Positions 43,529 through 56,899 of a DNA stretch of 64,000 bases are shown piece after piece. Made by a program: the position numbers and the translations under genes. Location: assembly GCA_951406725.2 (NCBI GenBank), contig OX597814.1, positions 45,384,001 through 45,448,000 of the forward strand. The letters run 5' to 3'. This DNA comes from Octopus vulgaris. Taxonomy: Eukaryota. The notes under the pieces are model-generated. The model saw only the letters and a list, made by a program, of their open reading frames with translations, did not search any database and was not told where the DNA came from. How positions within the stretch are numbered: the stretch's first letter is position 1; every line of letters starts with the position of its first letter.

Positions 43529-44297
43529 GGTATTTAGAACCGTCAGAAGCGATGAAGTGAGGTGTGACGCCACCTCATATGATCAAAGTTCATTTCAACA
43601 TGAGACGATTAAGTATCTAAACATCTTTCATAATGTTCCGATGCTGTGGATTATTAAAAAATTATCTGAATGAGGTTAGTTATGCTTTCTGCACTAGTAG
43701 ACGATTAAAGGTATATGCATGATTATTTGAAGGTGAAAATTCCATTGTTTGTCTCCGAAGAAGTCTGGCTTTCTAGCTTAAAAGATTTTGAATCCGTGTG
43801 ACTTCTGGATACGAGTTAACATTGTCCCCTCTGTGGTGTCCTGTCTGTCCTTCTTTGCCCCCCTCTATGTTTGGGCCCTTGTGGCTAATAAAGAAACTAA
43901 ATTAACATTGAGGACGAGTCCAAATACAACACTCACAGCAGTGTTGCCATGTTGAAAACTGCTATTAGAAAGACATTCAGGTCCATTGGTGTGATTGAGA
44001 CACAGAGGACTCGATCAGTCTTTCAATTTGTATTCAGTCCATTTTAACTGATGATAGAGGACATATTGCGGAAATCTCTCATTATATTATAACAAAATAA
44101 ACGCAAAACGCTCCATGCTTCTTTCTTATCATTTATCTTAGTTACAGGCTCGGAAACAGCTCAACAAAAATAGTTTCAATTTAGCTGTGTGTATATGTCT
44201 GTGTGTGTATGTGTCTGTGTGTGTATGTAGCTGTGTGGATATAAATAATCCTACATGCATACAGACGCTACAGAAGAAGAAAGTAATAAATATGCAT

Positions 44298-44695
44298 GCA
44301 AGTAGCTTGCTTACGAACCACATGGTTCCGGGTTCAGTCCCACTGCGTGGCACCATGGGTAAGTGTCTTCTACTATAGCCTCGGGCCGACCAAAGCCTTG
44401 TGAGTGGATTTGGTAGACGGAAACTGAAAAGAAGCCCGTCGTATATATGTATATATATGTGTGTATGTGTGTGTGTGTTTATGGTTGTGTTCTCCCCCCC
44501 CCCCCCATCGCTTGACAATCGATGCTGGTGTGTTTACGTCCCCGTAACTTAGCAGTTCGACAATAGAGACGGATAGAATAAGTACTAGGCTTACAAAGAA
44601 TAAGTCCTGGGGTCGATTTGCTCGACTAAAGGCGGTGCTCCAGCATGGCCACAGTCAAATGACTGAAACAAGTAAAAGAGTAAAGAGTAAAAGAG
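44298..44695 (+). mobile_element. SINE family A
   Basis: Homologous to 41770-42160. Confidence 0.9.
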
Positions 44696-44757
44696 TATGT
44701 CTAGCACATCAAGACCCAAGAAATATACCCAAGAAATATACACATTACATACACGGA

Positions 44758-44798
<41 letters not shown>

Positions 44799-45249
44799 TC
44801 ACACACAAACACAATACGTACATTTGCCTTTTACTCTACTGTGCTGTAAATGACTGCTTCGGACGATTCCAAATGAAGTCGTGAACCAGTGCTGAAGGAG
44901 GGGAAAGGAAATGTTATAACAACTCGTTTTTATTCTCGGCACGAAGCCTAAACAAATGCTTAGACAACAATGCGACGGCGACGAACCCACGACGACGCAA
45001 AGATATAGCGATTTCTACAACTACTACAACTATAATCACGGCTACTATGACTGCAATGGAACAGAAGCACTTCCCGCAGTCAAATGCCTGGAACAAATAA
45101 AAGAATAAAAGAATAAAAGAATAATCCCAATGAAGAAAACCCACCAGTCTCTCAACATCTCTATCAATAACATCATAAAATTTTCTTAAGAGTACCTTCT
45201 ACATGTAGAAATACGTAATTAAATGCAGGCTACCATACTTACGGTGTTT

Positions 45250-45870
45250 TTGTTTTGTTTTGTTTTGTTTTTAATTTGTTGAATCTGGAAGAAGGGTGCC
45301 GCCTATGCAGACCTTCCGTGCCCAGTGAAAGTGATGCCGTCCATGTTCTGGTTAAATTGTTACAGATCAACAACTGCAGGAAAGACATGAACAGGGAGAT
45401 GATTCCAGAAGCCAATGTTCGTGGGATGCAGGACTAGGAATAATAATCAGAGCAGTAGCCGGGATGTTGGATGCAACAATGAGGAAGAGAGGTGGAGAGG
45501 TTGAGAGGTGGACGGGTATTTTCGACCCACTCGCCTCTTTCTTCACCTCTGGCAACCCTTGTTGTGGAGTCAGGGCCGGCCCAAGAGCTGCCGGCGCCCC
45601 GGGTAAGCTGAGCTTCGGCGTGTACAAGTTGATGTTCATGGAACTTTCCTCGTCTTTGTCACGCCCTCCTTGGCGCCTCCTAACATATGGCGCCCCAGAC
45701 GACTGCCTTAGTTGCCGGTATCTTGAACCGGCTCTATGTGGAGTTGCGAGACCACCCAGCTCTGGGGAATAGGGGTCATTGTAGTAGCGATAGAAAAGAC
45801 AAGAAAGGAGACAGCATGGCTGAAGGCCAGAGGCTTGTGTGTGTCTGTTAGGATTTGAGTATCAACTAGT
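45250..45870 (-). mobile_element. Decayed CR1/L2-group LINE 3' fragment interrupted by a MITE
   Basis: Minus-strand SCIPRT..WNHLPVHVFPAVVDL-like terminus and (AAAAC)n tail. Confidence 0.6.
45571..45736. mobile_element. GC-rich hAT MITE, 166 bp
   Basis: TIRs CAGGGCCGGCCCAAG / CTTGAACCGGCTCTA; 8-bp TSD tgtggagt (45563-45570, 45737-45744). Confidence 0.88.
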
Positions 45871-45959
45871 CGTGTGGCCATTCTCTGAATGCGTTTCGGG
45901 ACGTTTGTGTGCTTAGTATCAGTATCGTCCTAAATGTGGAAGCAGTACTTGACGGAGTA

Positions 45960-46251
45960 CCGGTATTTAGAATCCAGGCAAAAAAGTCACAGGTAAAAAA
46001 AAAAAAGTCACAGGAAAAGAAGCCACGAGAAAAAGTCAGAAAAAAGTCACAGGGGGTTTGTCCAGGGAAAGGGTGTCCGAGGGGGTTTTGTCCTGGTGGG
46101 TGTCCAGATCTCAGAAATTGATTGTGACTTTTTTCCTGTGACTTTATTACCGGCCACCATAAATTAAGTGTGACTTTTTTCCTAACCAAAATTGTGACTT
46201 TATTACCGCGACTTTTTTGACTTTTTTCCTGTGACTTTATTACTGGTCACC
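45960..46251. mobile_element. MITE-like element with inverted arrays of AAAAAGTCAC
   Basis: About 5 AAAAAGTCAC-like motifs on the left, about 7 GTGACTTT(T/A) on the right, central GGGGTTT(T)GTCC repeats. Confidence 0.7.
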
Positions 46252-47015
46252 AGTTTTTATAATGGCCCATTCCAGCTATACTATTATCGATATACTATTA
46301 TATGAGTGGTCTTTTCACATTTAGATCACTTGCTGTCCATTTGAACTTTCCCTGACACTGTAAGGTCACGGGTCAAGTGGAAATACATCAATCAGTGTTC
46401 CTTTTGACAGGACAAAGAGATTTTCCCGCTTGCTTTGACACAAAAGAATTATTGGATTCGATTTCGAATCTCAGCCAGGAAGATAAATTCGGTTTCTACA
46501 ATATATGGTAAAACTTTGAAAACGAATCTTCCTTAAAATATATTAGTAGCATATTAAACAGGAACGTTAAAATTTTTCATCAATTTTAAAGATCAGTTCC
46601 AGTGGTGGTAGAATGACTCCAGTTAGAACGATTCTTCGTTTCAGTTTCCACCCTTTATCTCAATTCCAGTCATCTCTTTTGAGGGCTGACTTTAGATGGT
46701 CTCTGTCGCAGAGGAGAGGATATCCACATGGTCTTTTCCAGTGGCGAATTCACAGACGAGGATTTGAAGGAATTTCTCTTCCATTTTAACCACGTAATCT
46801 GGCCATCGTAGCCGTGTTTCATGACACTGGCTTATATACTTCGAGTGTTCGCTTTTTCTAGACTAGTATTGTTAAGTATGTGTCCTTCCGTTTACTGGTT
46901 AAAGTTGTACAGTACTTACGTTAATGGAAACAGACAACACAACGTAACGGTGTATGTGTTTGCGTGTGTCCATATATATATATATGTATGTATATATATG
47001 TGTGTGTGTGTGTGT

Positions 47016-47298
<283 letters not shown>

Positions 47299-47299
47299 A

Positions 47300-47695
47300 T
47301 ATTGGGTCATCCCATAAATAATGCGGTTTTTTTCAATTACATGAACTAAAAATCGGATGGGACGGGATAAACCTATTTCTTTACTACCCACAAGGGGCTA
47401 AACACAGAGAGGACGAACAAGGACAGACAAACGGATTAAGTCGATCATATCGACCCCAGTGCGTAACTGTACTTATTTAATCGACCCCGAAAGGATGAAA
47501 GGCAAAGTCGACCTCGGCGGAATTTGAACTCAGAACGTAACGGCAGACGAAATACCGCTAAGCATTTCGCCCGGCGCGCTAACGTTTCTGCCAGCTCACC
47601 GGGATAAACCATAAGCATCAACTTGCTATAAAAGCAGATAGTAATTTTACGTTGTTCTTACTCTTAGTGCACGTTTTGAAGATAATGTGTCCATG
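47300..47695 (+). mobile_element. Mariner-like terminal fragment interrupted by SINE B (47374-47599, minus)
   Basis: TA-TTGGGTCATCCCATAAATAATGCGG mariner-type TIR; SINE TSD cgggataaacc (47363-47373, 47600-47610). Confidence 0.65.
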
Positions 47696-47699
47696 TCTC

Positions 47700-47935
47700 A
47701 CAACTGTGTAACAATGTTCAGATAACGATAGCTTGGTAAACCCCCAAGATCTTTCTTCTTAAAGACATTTTGGCTAGTTTTTCAAAAGCAGAATAAACTG
47801 ATCCAATTCTGGGTTCCACGGCCTGTTCAGAAACACATTTGTTGGAAAGTAAACTTTCAGGATAAGCGAAATAATCAACAAACTCGGAGGTGCTGTCAGC
47901 GATTATGAGGTTACACACTGATATTCGCACTCGGT
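47700..47935 (-). mobile_element. RTE-like LINE fragment
   Basis: EFVDYFAYPESLLS..RIGSVYSAFEKL..KILGVYQAIVI. Confidence 0.65.
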
Positions 47936-48260
47936 TAAACAGTCGCTTCGTTCCCACAAAGTTGTTTCTGAGATCATGGGCATCTACATATTTCAAAAGT
48001 TCTATTGTTTTCTGTTATCACTAATTGTTCCGTATATCTGAGTTTGATTCGACGATGGTGGTTGAATTTTTGACAGTAACTCAGCTGAACGAATTTATTC
48101 TCTCGTGCGCGCGTACATACATGAGAATGGTGTGTGTGTGAGTGTGTATGTATGAATGAATGGAGGTGAGTGTGTGAGTATGTGTGGGCGAGCTGAAAAA
48201 TATGTGGACCTGTGTGTGTATATGAGTAAGTGACCCAGTGCGTACATTATGTGGAGTGAT

Positions 48261-48643
48261 GGAAGCACTCCGTCGGTTACGACGACGAGGGTTCCGGTTG
48301 ATCCGAATCAACGGAACAGCCTGCTCGTGAAATTAACGTGTAAGTGGCTGAGCACTCCACAGACACGTGTACCCTTAACGTAGTTCTCGGGGATATTCAG
48401 CGTGACACAGAGAGTGACAAGGCCGACCCTTTGAAATACAGGTACAACAAAAACAGGAAGTAAGAGTGAGAGAAAGTTGTGGTGAAAGAGTACAGCAGGG
48501 ATCACCACCATCCATGCCGGAACCTCATGGAGCTTTAGGTGTTTTCGCTCAATAAACACTCACAACGCCCGGTCTGGGAATCGAAACCGCGATCCTACGA
48601 CCGCGAGTCCGCTGCCCTAACCACTGGGCCATTGCGCCTCCAC
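48261..48643 (-). mobile_element. SINE family C
   Basis: 13-bp TSD tatgtggagtgat (48248-48260, 48644-48656). Confidence 0.9.
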
Positions 48644-49071
48644 TATGTGGAGTGATATGCGTTACATGTACTGGTATGTGCGTGTGTGCATATAGACGTG
48701 TGTACAAAGGTGTGAGGTTATCATCTGTGTGTGCAAATGCATTGGCCTTGGTGTGTGTGTGTGTATGGGTACAAGTAACCCTAGTGTATGCGTTGTGCGG
48801 AGTGATGTGCGTTTTGTGTATTTGTGTGTGCGCGCGCGCGTATGGACGTGTGTATAATATATATGTGAGGATGCGAATGGACGTGTGTATACGTATGAGG
48901 CTAACGTGTGTGCGTGTGTGTTTGTGTGTGTATGTGTGTGTGAGTGTGTGTGTGTGTGTGTGTATGTACGCGTGCGTGTGTAAACACTTGTGTTTAGCAG
49001 TTGATATGTGCTTGTCCAGGTGGTGTGTGCAGGTGTGTATGTGTGTGTGAGTGAGAGAGAGAGAGTGAGAG

Positions 49072-49107
<36 letters not shown>

Positions 49108-49342
49108 AGTAGAAACCGTAATCATGAGTGCTTATAGAGTTACAATTAAAATCAATGATATAAGGGTTGGATAAAATGCCTTGATTGTTGATTTACAAAC
49201 TAATTCCGGTTTCTCTGGTCAGATATTTTGTACTTGTTTCACCCTTAAGGACCAGTTGATCTTAACAGACTATAGCCACCCTTCAAATGTGCTGGTGTCA
49301 GAAAGTAAAACTTACTCTATTTAGCAATTCATACTTATTCTA

Positions 49343-49402
49343 TGTGCGGGAATATCCCATTTGATTTCGAATCCAACGCCTTAACCACTCGGCCATCGCA
49401 GC
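49343..49402 (-). pseudogene. 3'-truncated tRNA-Ser(CGA) retrocopy
   Basis: Minus strand GCTGCGATGGCCGAGTGGTTAAGGCGTTGGATTCGAAATCAAATGGGATATTCCCGCACA: D arm, CGA anticodon, long variable arm, no T arm; 20-bp direct repeat on both sides. Confidence 0.88.
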
Positions 49403-50376
49403 AGGCATTCATACTTATTCTATGTGTCAATACCATATGAAGAACAGTTGTCCATGTTGTCTATGTTTGTGGCTATTCCAGTTCGCCAGTACGAATTTCG
49501 AACAATTTTATTTCTTCAATTCACTTGAAGTATTAAGCCCTGCGACTGTGTAAGAAATCAATACCGTAAGTGAAAGTAGAGATATCTTAACTCTGTCTCT
49601 CCAGATCAGTTTTACTGCTACCCTTATATCCACTTTCGCCTTCGTTCACCCAACCCAGTCCACTGCTCAATAGAATATATTCGTGATCAGGTCACGATGA
49701 CAGCAACAATATAAAAGTCAGACAGCAGCTGCAAAATCTTTCCAATCAAAACATTTTTGTTGTATCTACACAAGATAGGCAGCGATAATGGTGTATTCCA
49801 TTTCAAGTGAAAAAAACAGGGAGTCTGCCTTGTCGTTCTAAAATGGATTCTTCTATGTCGTAGTGACATTTTTAATGGATCATACCATTTTGGTTTGACT
49901 GTAAATATGAAAGCAGCCTCCTTGTCGTAAATATAATGGAAATATAGCCCATTATGTTGCAAGTGGTGGAGGGAGAAATGGAAACAGGTTTTCCTTCTTT
50001 TGAATGTTTTAATGTTTTAAATGGGATTGTTTACTTTCTTTGCGAAGTGAGTGCACGCACGTAAACAAGCATGCTCTTAAATGCGTATTCTTGTACTAAA
50101 TCTCACAAAAGCTATATCATTACTTGCTAGATACAAACATGTCGATGCTCATGTACATGAAAAAAATTATATAATCATAAATGTGCATAATATATGCAGA
50201 TATGTTATTAAAGCATATAAAAACTAATATTCGTAATGCATTCATAAATATGTATAAGTATTTATATACATCTGCTAATTTATAAATGTTAAAACATTTA
50301 TAAATGTATGTCGATGTATATATTAATAATTCAGAACTAAGATTGAAGTATAAATATGTTTCTTTTATATGCTTCT

Positions 50377-50495
<119 letters not shown>

Positions 50496-50563
50496 GAAAT
50501 ATATTTATTTCAATATTTGTTTTGAAACAATATATACATTGACTTGCACCCATAAATGTACCC

Positions 50564-50661
<98 letters not shown>

Positions 50662-50667
50662 ATATGC

Positions 50668-51250
50668 ACAGGGTAGGGAACCAAATCTTGGAAAATAATA
50701 GATAATTCACCTTTTTTTTTATTTTACAACAACCAGCAACCTGACATGAATACAATTTTAACACAAGTTTATAGGAGTATAAAGAGACAATTTATTCAAT
50801 ATGTTCGCCTTCAATGTCCACCACACGGCGCCTGAAGGACTCTTCATGATGAAGTACTCAGACATGTTGTCCTACTCTTCCCTCAGGACTTGCTTAAGAT
50901 GATCAACACTTGGATGCGAAGTTCTATTGGTAGAGTGCTACAATTTGCTCCATACCGCATTTTCCAGTGTGTTCAAGTCTGGGATTTAAGAAGGCCAGAA
51001 GTTGGCAGACCAAAAGTCGGCGAAGTTGTCTTCGTAGAATTTCTGCACTTTCTTCGCCGTATGAGCAGAAACACCATCTTTGCTCCACATATAGTTACAG
51101 TTGAGGTAGTTAGACTTCAGCCAAGGCAAAACCTTAAACCGCAGGACTTTATAATAAACTTCAGCCCCCCACCTTTTCCCCAGACTTGAAAAAATGGAGA
51201 GGCATCTTTTTTTCCGTCAGACACCACGACTCCGTACCATGATTTGTGAT
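50668..51250 (-). mobile_element. DD37D/maT-type Tc1-mariner transposase 3' half, decayed
   Basis: Reads SDGKKMPLHFFKSGEKV/AEVYYKVLRFKVLPWLKSNY..KDGVSAHTAKKVQKF..FWPS*IPDLN..VVDIEGEHIE*; TIR-like CAGGGT at 50668. Confidence 0.85.
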
Positions 51251-54200
51251 AGTGGTGTACCGTAGAGTAATTCGGCCGAAGAATAGCCCAGATCTGCTTT
51301 CACGGAGGACCGACAAGGCAAAAGGACGATGGGAAGGTACTCGGTCCATCTTAGTTGATCTAGTGATGCACGAAGAGCTGACTTCAGTTGACCGTGGAAT
51401 CGCTCTAACATCCCATTAGAAGCGGGGTGGTAGCTTGTCGTGTGCAAATGCTGCACTCCCAAGAGACGAGAAAGTTCTCGGAAGAGCTATGATTCAAGCT
51501 GTCGCCACCGATCAATGGTGATCCTTGAGGGAACGTCGAAAAGTGATATCCAGCCTGATATCAAGGCGCGAGCGACTGATTCAGCGGAGATGTTGGCAAG
51601 GAGAATGGCTTCAGGCCATCGAGAGAAACAGTCGACACAGATAAGAATATAGGAGTACCCGTTACTAACAGGACACGCACCGACGAGGTCGATATGAATG
51701 TGGCGAAAACGACTGTCAGGTTGGTCAAATTTTCCGAGTGGCGAACGAATGTGTGTATGGATCTTAGAACGCTGACACTGACGACAGGAGCGAGATCAAG
51801 CAGTGATATCTCGGCGGTGATGTCCTGCCAAAAAAAACTGGCCGTAATGATTTCGACCGATGCCGCAATACCTGGATGAGATAAGGAGTGCAAGGCATCG
51901 AACACGCTTCGGCGATGGTTGTCAGGAACAAGAGGGCGAGGTGCTCCTGTCGATACGTCACACAGGATAGTTCCGTCAGTTGTAGACAAGGGTAAGTACT
52001 CCAAACGACATTGAGTGAATGGTAGATTGATTACAGAAGGGCCTGGTCGGTAGCAAGCGTGACAAGATCGATCGCAGCTGAAGACAGAACAAACTGGAAG
52101 TCTCGACAGTGCATCCGCAGGGACGTTGTCCGCTCCAGAAAGGTGGTGTGAAGTGTGAGATAAAGTCGAGGTGTCTGATCTCATGAGGCGAGTATTTGTC
52201 TGGTTTTGAATGAAGGCGAACGTCAACTATTTGTGATCTGAAGGCGGCGAGCTGGCAGAAACGTTAGCGCGCAGGGCGAAATGCTTAGCGGTATTTCGTC
52301 TGTCGTTACGTTCTGAGTTCGAATTCCGCCGAGGTTGACTTTGTCTTTCATCCTTTCGGGGTCGATAAATAAAGTACCAGTTTCGCACTGGGGTCGATGT
52401 AATCGACTTAATCCCTTTGTCTGTCCTTGTTTGTCCCCTCTATGTTTAGCCCCTTGTGGGTAGTAAAGAAATATATTTGTGATCTGTGAAAGCCACAAAA
52501 TCACGCCCAACGAGAAAATGGCAAAAATGCTTGACTGCTAAGTAAATGGCTAGCAACTCGCGCACATTGGTGCCGTATCTCGTTTCCGGATCCCTGAGCC
52601 GACGCGAAAAGAATGCCAAGAGTTGTAGGCGTTGATTAACATCTTGCTATAATATCGCACCAACTGCGAAATTTGAAACATCAACGGTAAGTACGAGACG
52701 TGCCCCAGGAATTGGATGGGCTAGTGTAACAACTTGAACTAAGTCTGACTTGACTGTCTGGAATGCCAACGATTCATCTGGTGAAAGGGAAATAGCCGCG
52801 TCTTTTTTCGTTCTGTTCTTTAAAAGAGGTAATAATTTCCGAGCACAATTAGGTAGGAAACGACAATAAAAGTTGATGAGATCGAGGAAGTGTCGGAGCT
52901 GACGGAGCGACGTGGGATGAGCTAGATCCTGGATAGCTTGGATCTTAGCGGGCACAGGTCGAATGCCATCGCAATCAACGACGTGTCCTAAAAATTCCAA
53001 TGAGGATTTGCCAAAAATACATTTCGCCAGGTTGACGTTGACGTTGTACTGTAAGAGTCGCTAGAACTGAGAAAGATGCTGCTGATGTAATTCAACAGTA
53101 GAACTGGCAATGAGTGTGTACGTCGTCGATGCAGGCAAAAACACCTGGAAGTCCACGAGTAACTTCGTCGATAAAGCGCTGGAACGTATTAGCGGCGTTT
53201 CGCAGTCCGAATGGCATAGATAGAAATTTAAATGAGCCAAACAGTGTTGTCACCGCGGTTTTGGGTACATCTTCCGGATTCATTGGTATTTGATGGTACA
53301 CTCGTACCAGGTCCAATTTGGAAAACACCTAGCAGTTATTCAGAGCGGATGAGAAATCCTGAAAATAATGTAGTGGATATCTATCAGGGGTGGTGGCGGC
53401 GTTGAGACGTTTATAGTCTCCAACTGGGCGAAAGTCAGTATCACCTTTGCGTGCCAAATGTATGGGACATGCCTATGGGCTGGTGGATGGTCGTATAAGT
53501 CCGAGCTGGAGCATATGCTCGAACTCGGCTCGAGCTATCTTGAGTCTGTCCGGAGCTAACCGTCGTAGTCGAGAGAAAACGGATGAACCGGTCGTTGTGA
53601 TGAAGTGTTGAGTCGAGTGGATTGCCTTGGTAGGCTTGAAGGAAAGGTTCGTCAACTCGGGAAACGAAGTGAGGAGTGCGTGAGACTAGTTTCATGCAGC
53701 AGCCACGAAGAATGACGGACTGATAAGAGCGGCGGTAGATTCGCAAGCAGGGTAGGTAAAGATGTGGTACTATCCAAAAGTTTCTGGCACCTGACATCTA
53801 TCAAAAGTAAATCATGGTGTAGGAAATCTGCACCGAGGATAGGATGAGGAAGGTCGGCGATGGTAAAAATCCATTCAAAGTCTCTACGTAAGTATAGGTC
53901 CAACGATAAGGACACCTGGCCATAGGGCTTGATGAGAGACTGATTCACTGCATATAAAGAAATGCCGGAAGGATTCGGTTTGGTAGAGATGAACCTTAAG
54001 AGCCAAACATTACAACTCGATCCTGTGTCCACCATGAACGATTTGTATGAGACGAGATACCTGATGAAAAAAGCATGATAAGGCGAGATGTTATGGGAGA
54101 GATCTGACGTGACTAGATTCTCCGAACTCAGTTTAACGAGGCCCCAAATGAACAGGACTTAACACACCGATGTACGTTCTATATAAACCTTGAGTAGTAC

Positions 54201-54260
54201 CAACATAGCGAGAAACTGGTGGTGGCGGGGCTAGAACGGCGGCGAGAAGAGCAACTATGC
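51251..54260 (-). mobile_element. Ty3/Gypsy (CsRn1-like) gag-pol remnant without LTRs
   Basis: Gag CWY..RF..C..SC; protease VDTGSS; [37 protein letters not shown]; RNase H FTDHK..ADNVPADALSR; integrase TTSYHPASNGMLERFH; many stops and frameshifts. Confidence 0.95.
52241..52473 (+). mobile_element. SINE family B (Meta-domain-like core) inserted in Gypsy RNase H
   Basis: 13-bp TSD tatttgtgatctg (52228-52240, 52474-52486) duplicating part of the FTDHK codons. Confidence 0.93.
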
Positions 54261-54294
54261 AAGCGAGGTATTTGGGAAGGAAGACTGTGATTTG

Positions 54295-54355
54295 GAAGAA
54301 GAAGAAGAAGAAGAAGAAGAAGAAGAAGAAGAAGAAGAAGAAGAAGAAGAAGAAG

Positions 54356-54385
<30 letters not shown>
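54295..54385. repeat. (GAA)n microsatellite
   Basis: Directly visible. Confidence 0.97.
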
Positions 54386-54386
<1 letters not shown>

Positions 54387-55261
54387 GGATACAGCTGGAC
54401 TAAAAGATATGGTAAGGTCACATGATTTGTTTAAACGGTTCAAATGAGAACTGTCCTATCCAAAATAGACTATAAGAGAGTTCATTGGCTACTTCATTTG
54501 ATGTGGGCTCATTAAAATAGCGTAAAATGTTCTTTAGTTTACTATAGACGTAACGAACGCAGAAACACACACACACACATACACACATACACACATACAC
54601 ACACACACACACATACACACAAACACACACACACTCATAGAATTGATAATATTGAAAACCGCAAAATGAACACACCCGAAGTTCAAGCTAAACGAAATGT
54701 AGTCAATATAGGTGCAAAACATACATTCAGTAGCATAGTTATGCTATAAAAGAATGGAAAGTCACCAATGTAAGAGAGTACAGAAAGTCTACATTTATTT
54801 GGAACATGTACTAAATGTTATAAAATTCACAATTGAATGAATGTCATTGTGAAGAAAGTGAAAGTCCAAGAAAATTCAGAAGGCATAATTGAATATCTCA
54901 CACAAAAATAATTTATTTTACAATTTTGATACGAACGCTGAACCAAGTGTATAAAAAGGAAGATGCTGTTTCTGAACTGGGTAACATTATAGGTAAAGAA
55001 CAGGCGAACACACGCATATAGAAAATGTGACGTCATCGTCATTATAGTGGTGATATAAAATGTCGATAGGTGACTAAAAGAAAAATGATAATGTTAAATT
55101 TTTGTAATGAAAATATGTGAATGAAAATATAGTTTAGTTGGTAGCTGAAAGCTTACTCAATCTTTTGATACCCTTACATAAAAATCGGCAACTCGGTTTT
55201 GGTATGCATAAGGAACATACGCACAGACATACACACATATCTATAGTTATAGATATATATA

Positions 55262-55830
55262 TATGTTTATGTTTATGTTTTCCAGTTTCAGCTCTTGAGC
55301 TGTGGCCATGCTGGGGCACCGCCATTTGGTGTTGCTACATGATTTTACCTCACGAATGCTTCTTAGCAACTGCCATTTGGTGCATGAGAGAATTTGATGC
55401 AGCTGCCCTCATCTGTACCTCCTGCCGTGAAGTTGGTTCATCCTGGACACCTGACAGAAAGAGATCCAATCCTACTTTAAAGACATCCGCATCCACCCCA
55501 TGCAGGTCCCTCAGGTTCTTCGGGAGGATATTGAAGAGCTGTGGGCCTCTGAAGCCCAGGCTATCACAGTATCTTGTCCTACATCTTGATGGCAAATTTG
55601 GAGTCCTTGGCACCACGCAGTGGCGTCCAGTTCTGGCATTTGTGTAACTCTCGATGCCAAAGTTTGGGACAATTCCTTCCAGGATCTTCCAGATGTATAT
55701 TATGGCATATCTTTCTCGCCTACGCTCCAAGGAATAGAGTTTTAATCTCTTGAGTCTTTCCCAGTATCTTATATGCTGCACAGAGGCTATCTTCTTCGTG
55801 TAGCTTCGTTGGATCGCCTCAAGTTCTGTG

Positions 55831-55832
<2 letters not shown>
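55262..55832 (-). mobile_element. 5'-truncated CR1-group LINE with intact 3' end
   Basis: Open frame [36 protein letters not shown]; 3' UTR and (AAACAT)n tail. Confidence 0.9.
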
Positions 55833-55880
<48 letters not shown>

Positions 55881-55959
55881 TGTATATGTATAGATGCATA
55901 TGTAAGGATGTATATATATATATAGATTTATATGTAAATATATGTGTGTATTAGAAGAA

Positions 55960-56024
<65 letters not shown>

Positions 56025-56073
56025 TAAATATATATACACAGATATATACATACATACATACATATATACATAC

Positions 56074-56131
<58 letters not shown>

Positions 56132-56239
56132 ATGTATGTATGTATGTATGTATGTATATATATATATCTGTATATATATATTTATGAATATATATATATA
56201 TGTATATATGTATATGTATATATATGTGTATATATAATG

Positions 56240-56296
<57 letters not shown>

Positions 56297-56899
56297 GTAT
56301 ATAGTTGTATATATATATATATATACCTTTCGTTTTTCTCTTTCCTTCATATCTTCGTTACCTGCTCCTCCTCTCTCTCTTTCATAACTTCCTCCTTTTC
56401 CCACTTCTCTCTCCCTCCCCTCCTTTCTGTCTCTTTACACCTACCTCTCTCCCTCTCTTTTCCATATCTTTCTCTTTTTCTCACCTCTCTCCCTCATTCT
56501 GTCTCTTCCTCCCTTTCGGATCTTCTTCCTTTTCCCAATTCTCTCTTCCTTCCTTTATCTCTCTCTAGATCTACGTCTCCCCTCTCTCTCATATACTTCT
56601 CCTTTTCACTCCTCTTCTCACACCGTCTCTCCCTTTCTCTCACATCCTTCATTCTCTCTCTCCCTCACTCTGTTTTTCTTTCCCTTCCCCTTCTCTGCCT
56701 CCCTCCGTCTCGCTATCGCTCCACACACCCTTTCTCTTTCTTCATATCACCCTCTCTCTTTCCTGCATATCTTCCTCTCTTTTTCCTTCTCACACTCTCT
56801 TTCTGTCTTCCTCTCTACCTCCCTCTGTCTCTCTCACTTCCTCTCTATCCTTCCCTCCCATTCTGGGCTTAGAAAATGAAGATGGCATTAAAGTGAGAG

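Noticed and set aside
49586-49962. Possible exon after a pyrimidine-rich CAG, and a 91-aa minus-strand ORF
   Set aside because: All three plus frames stop within ~110 bp; the minus ORF has no recognisable motif.
56325-56872. 262-aa ORF over a pyrimidine-rich tract
   Set aside because: Low-complexity CT-rich sequence.
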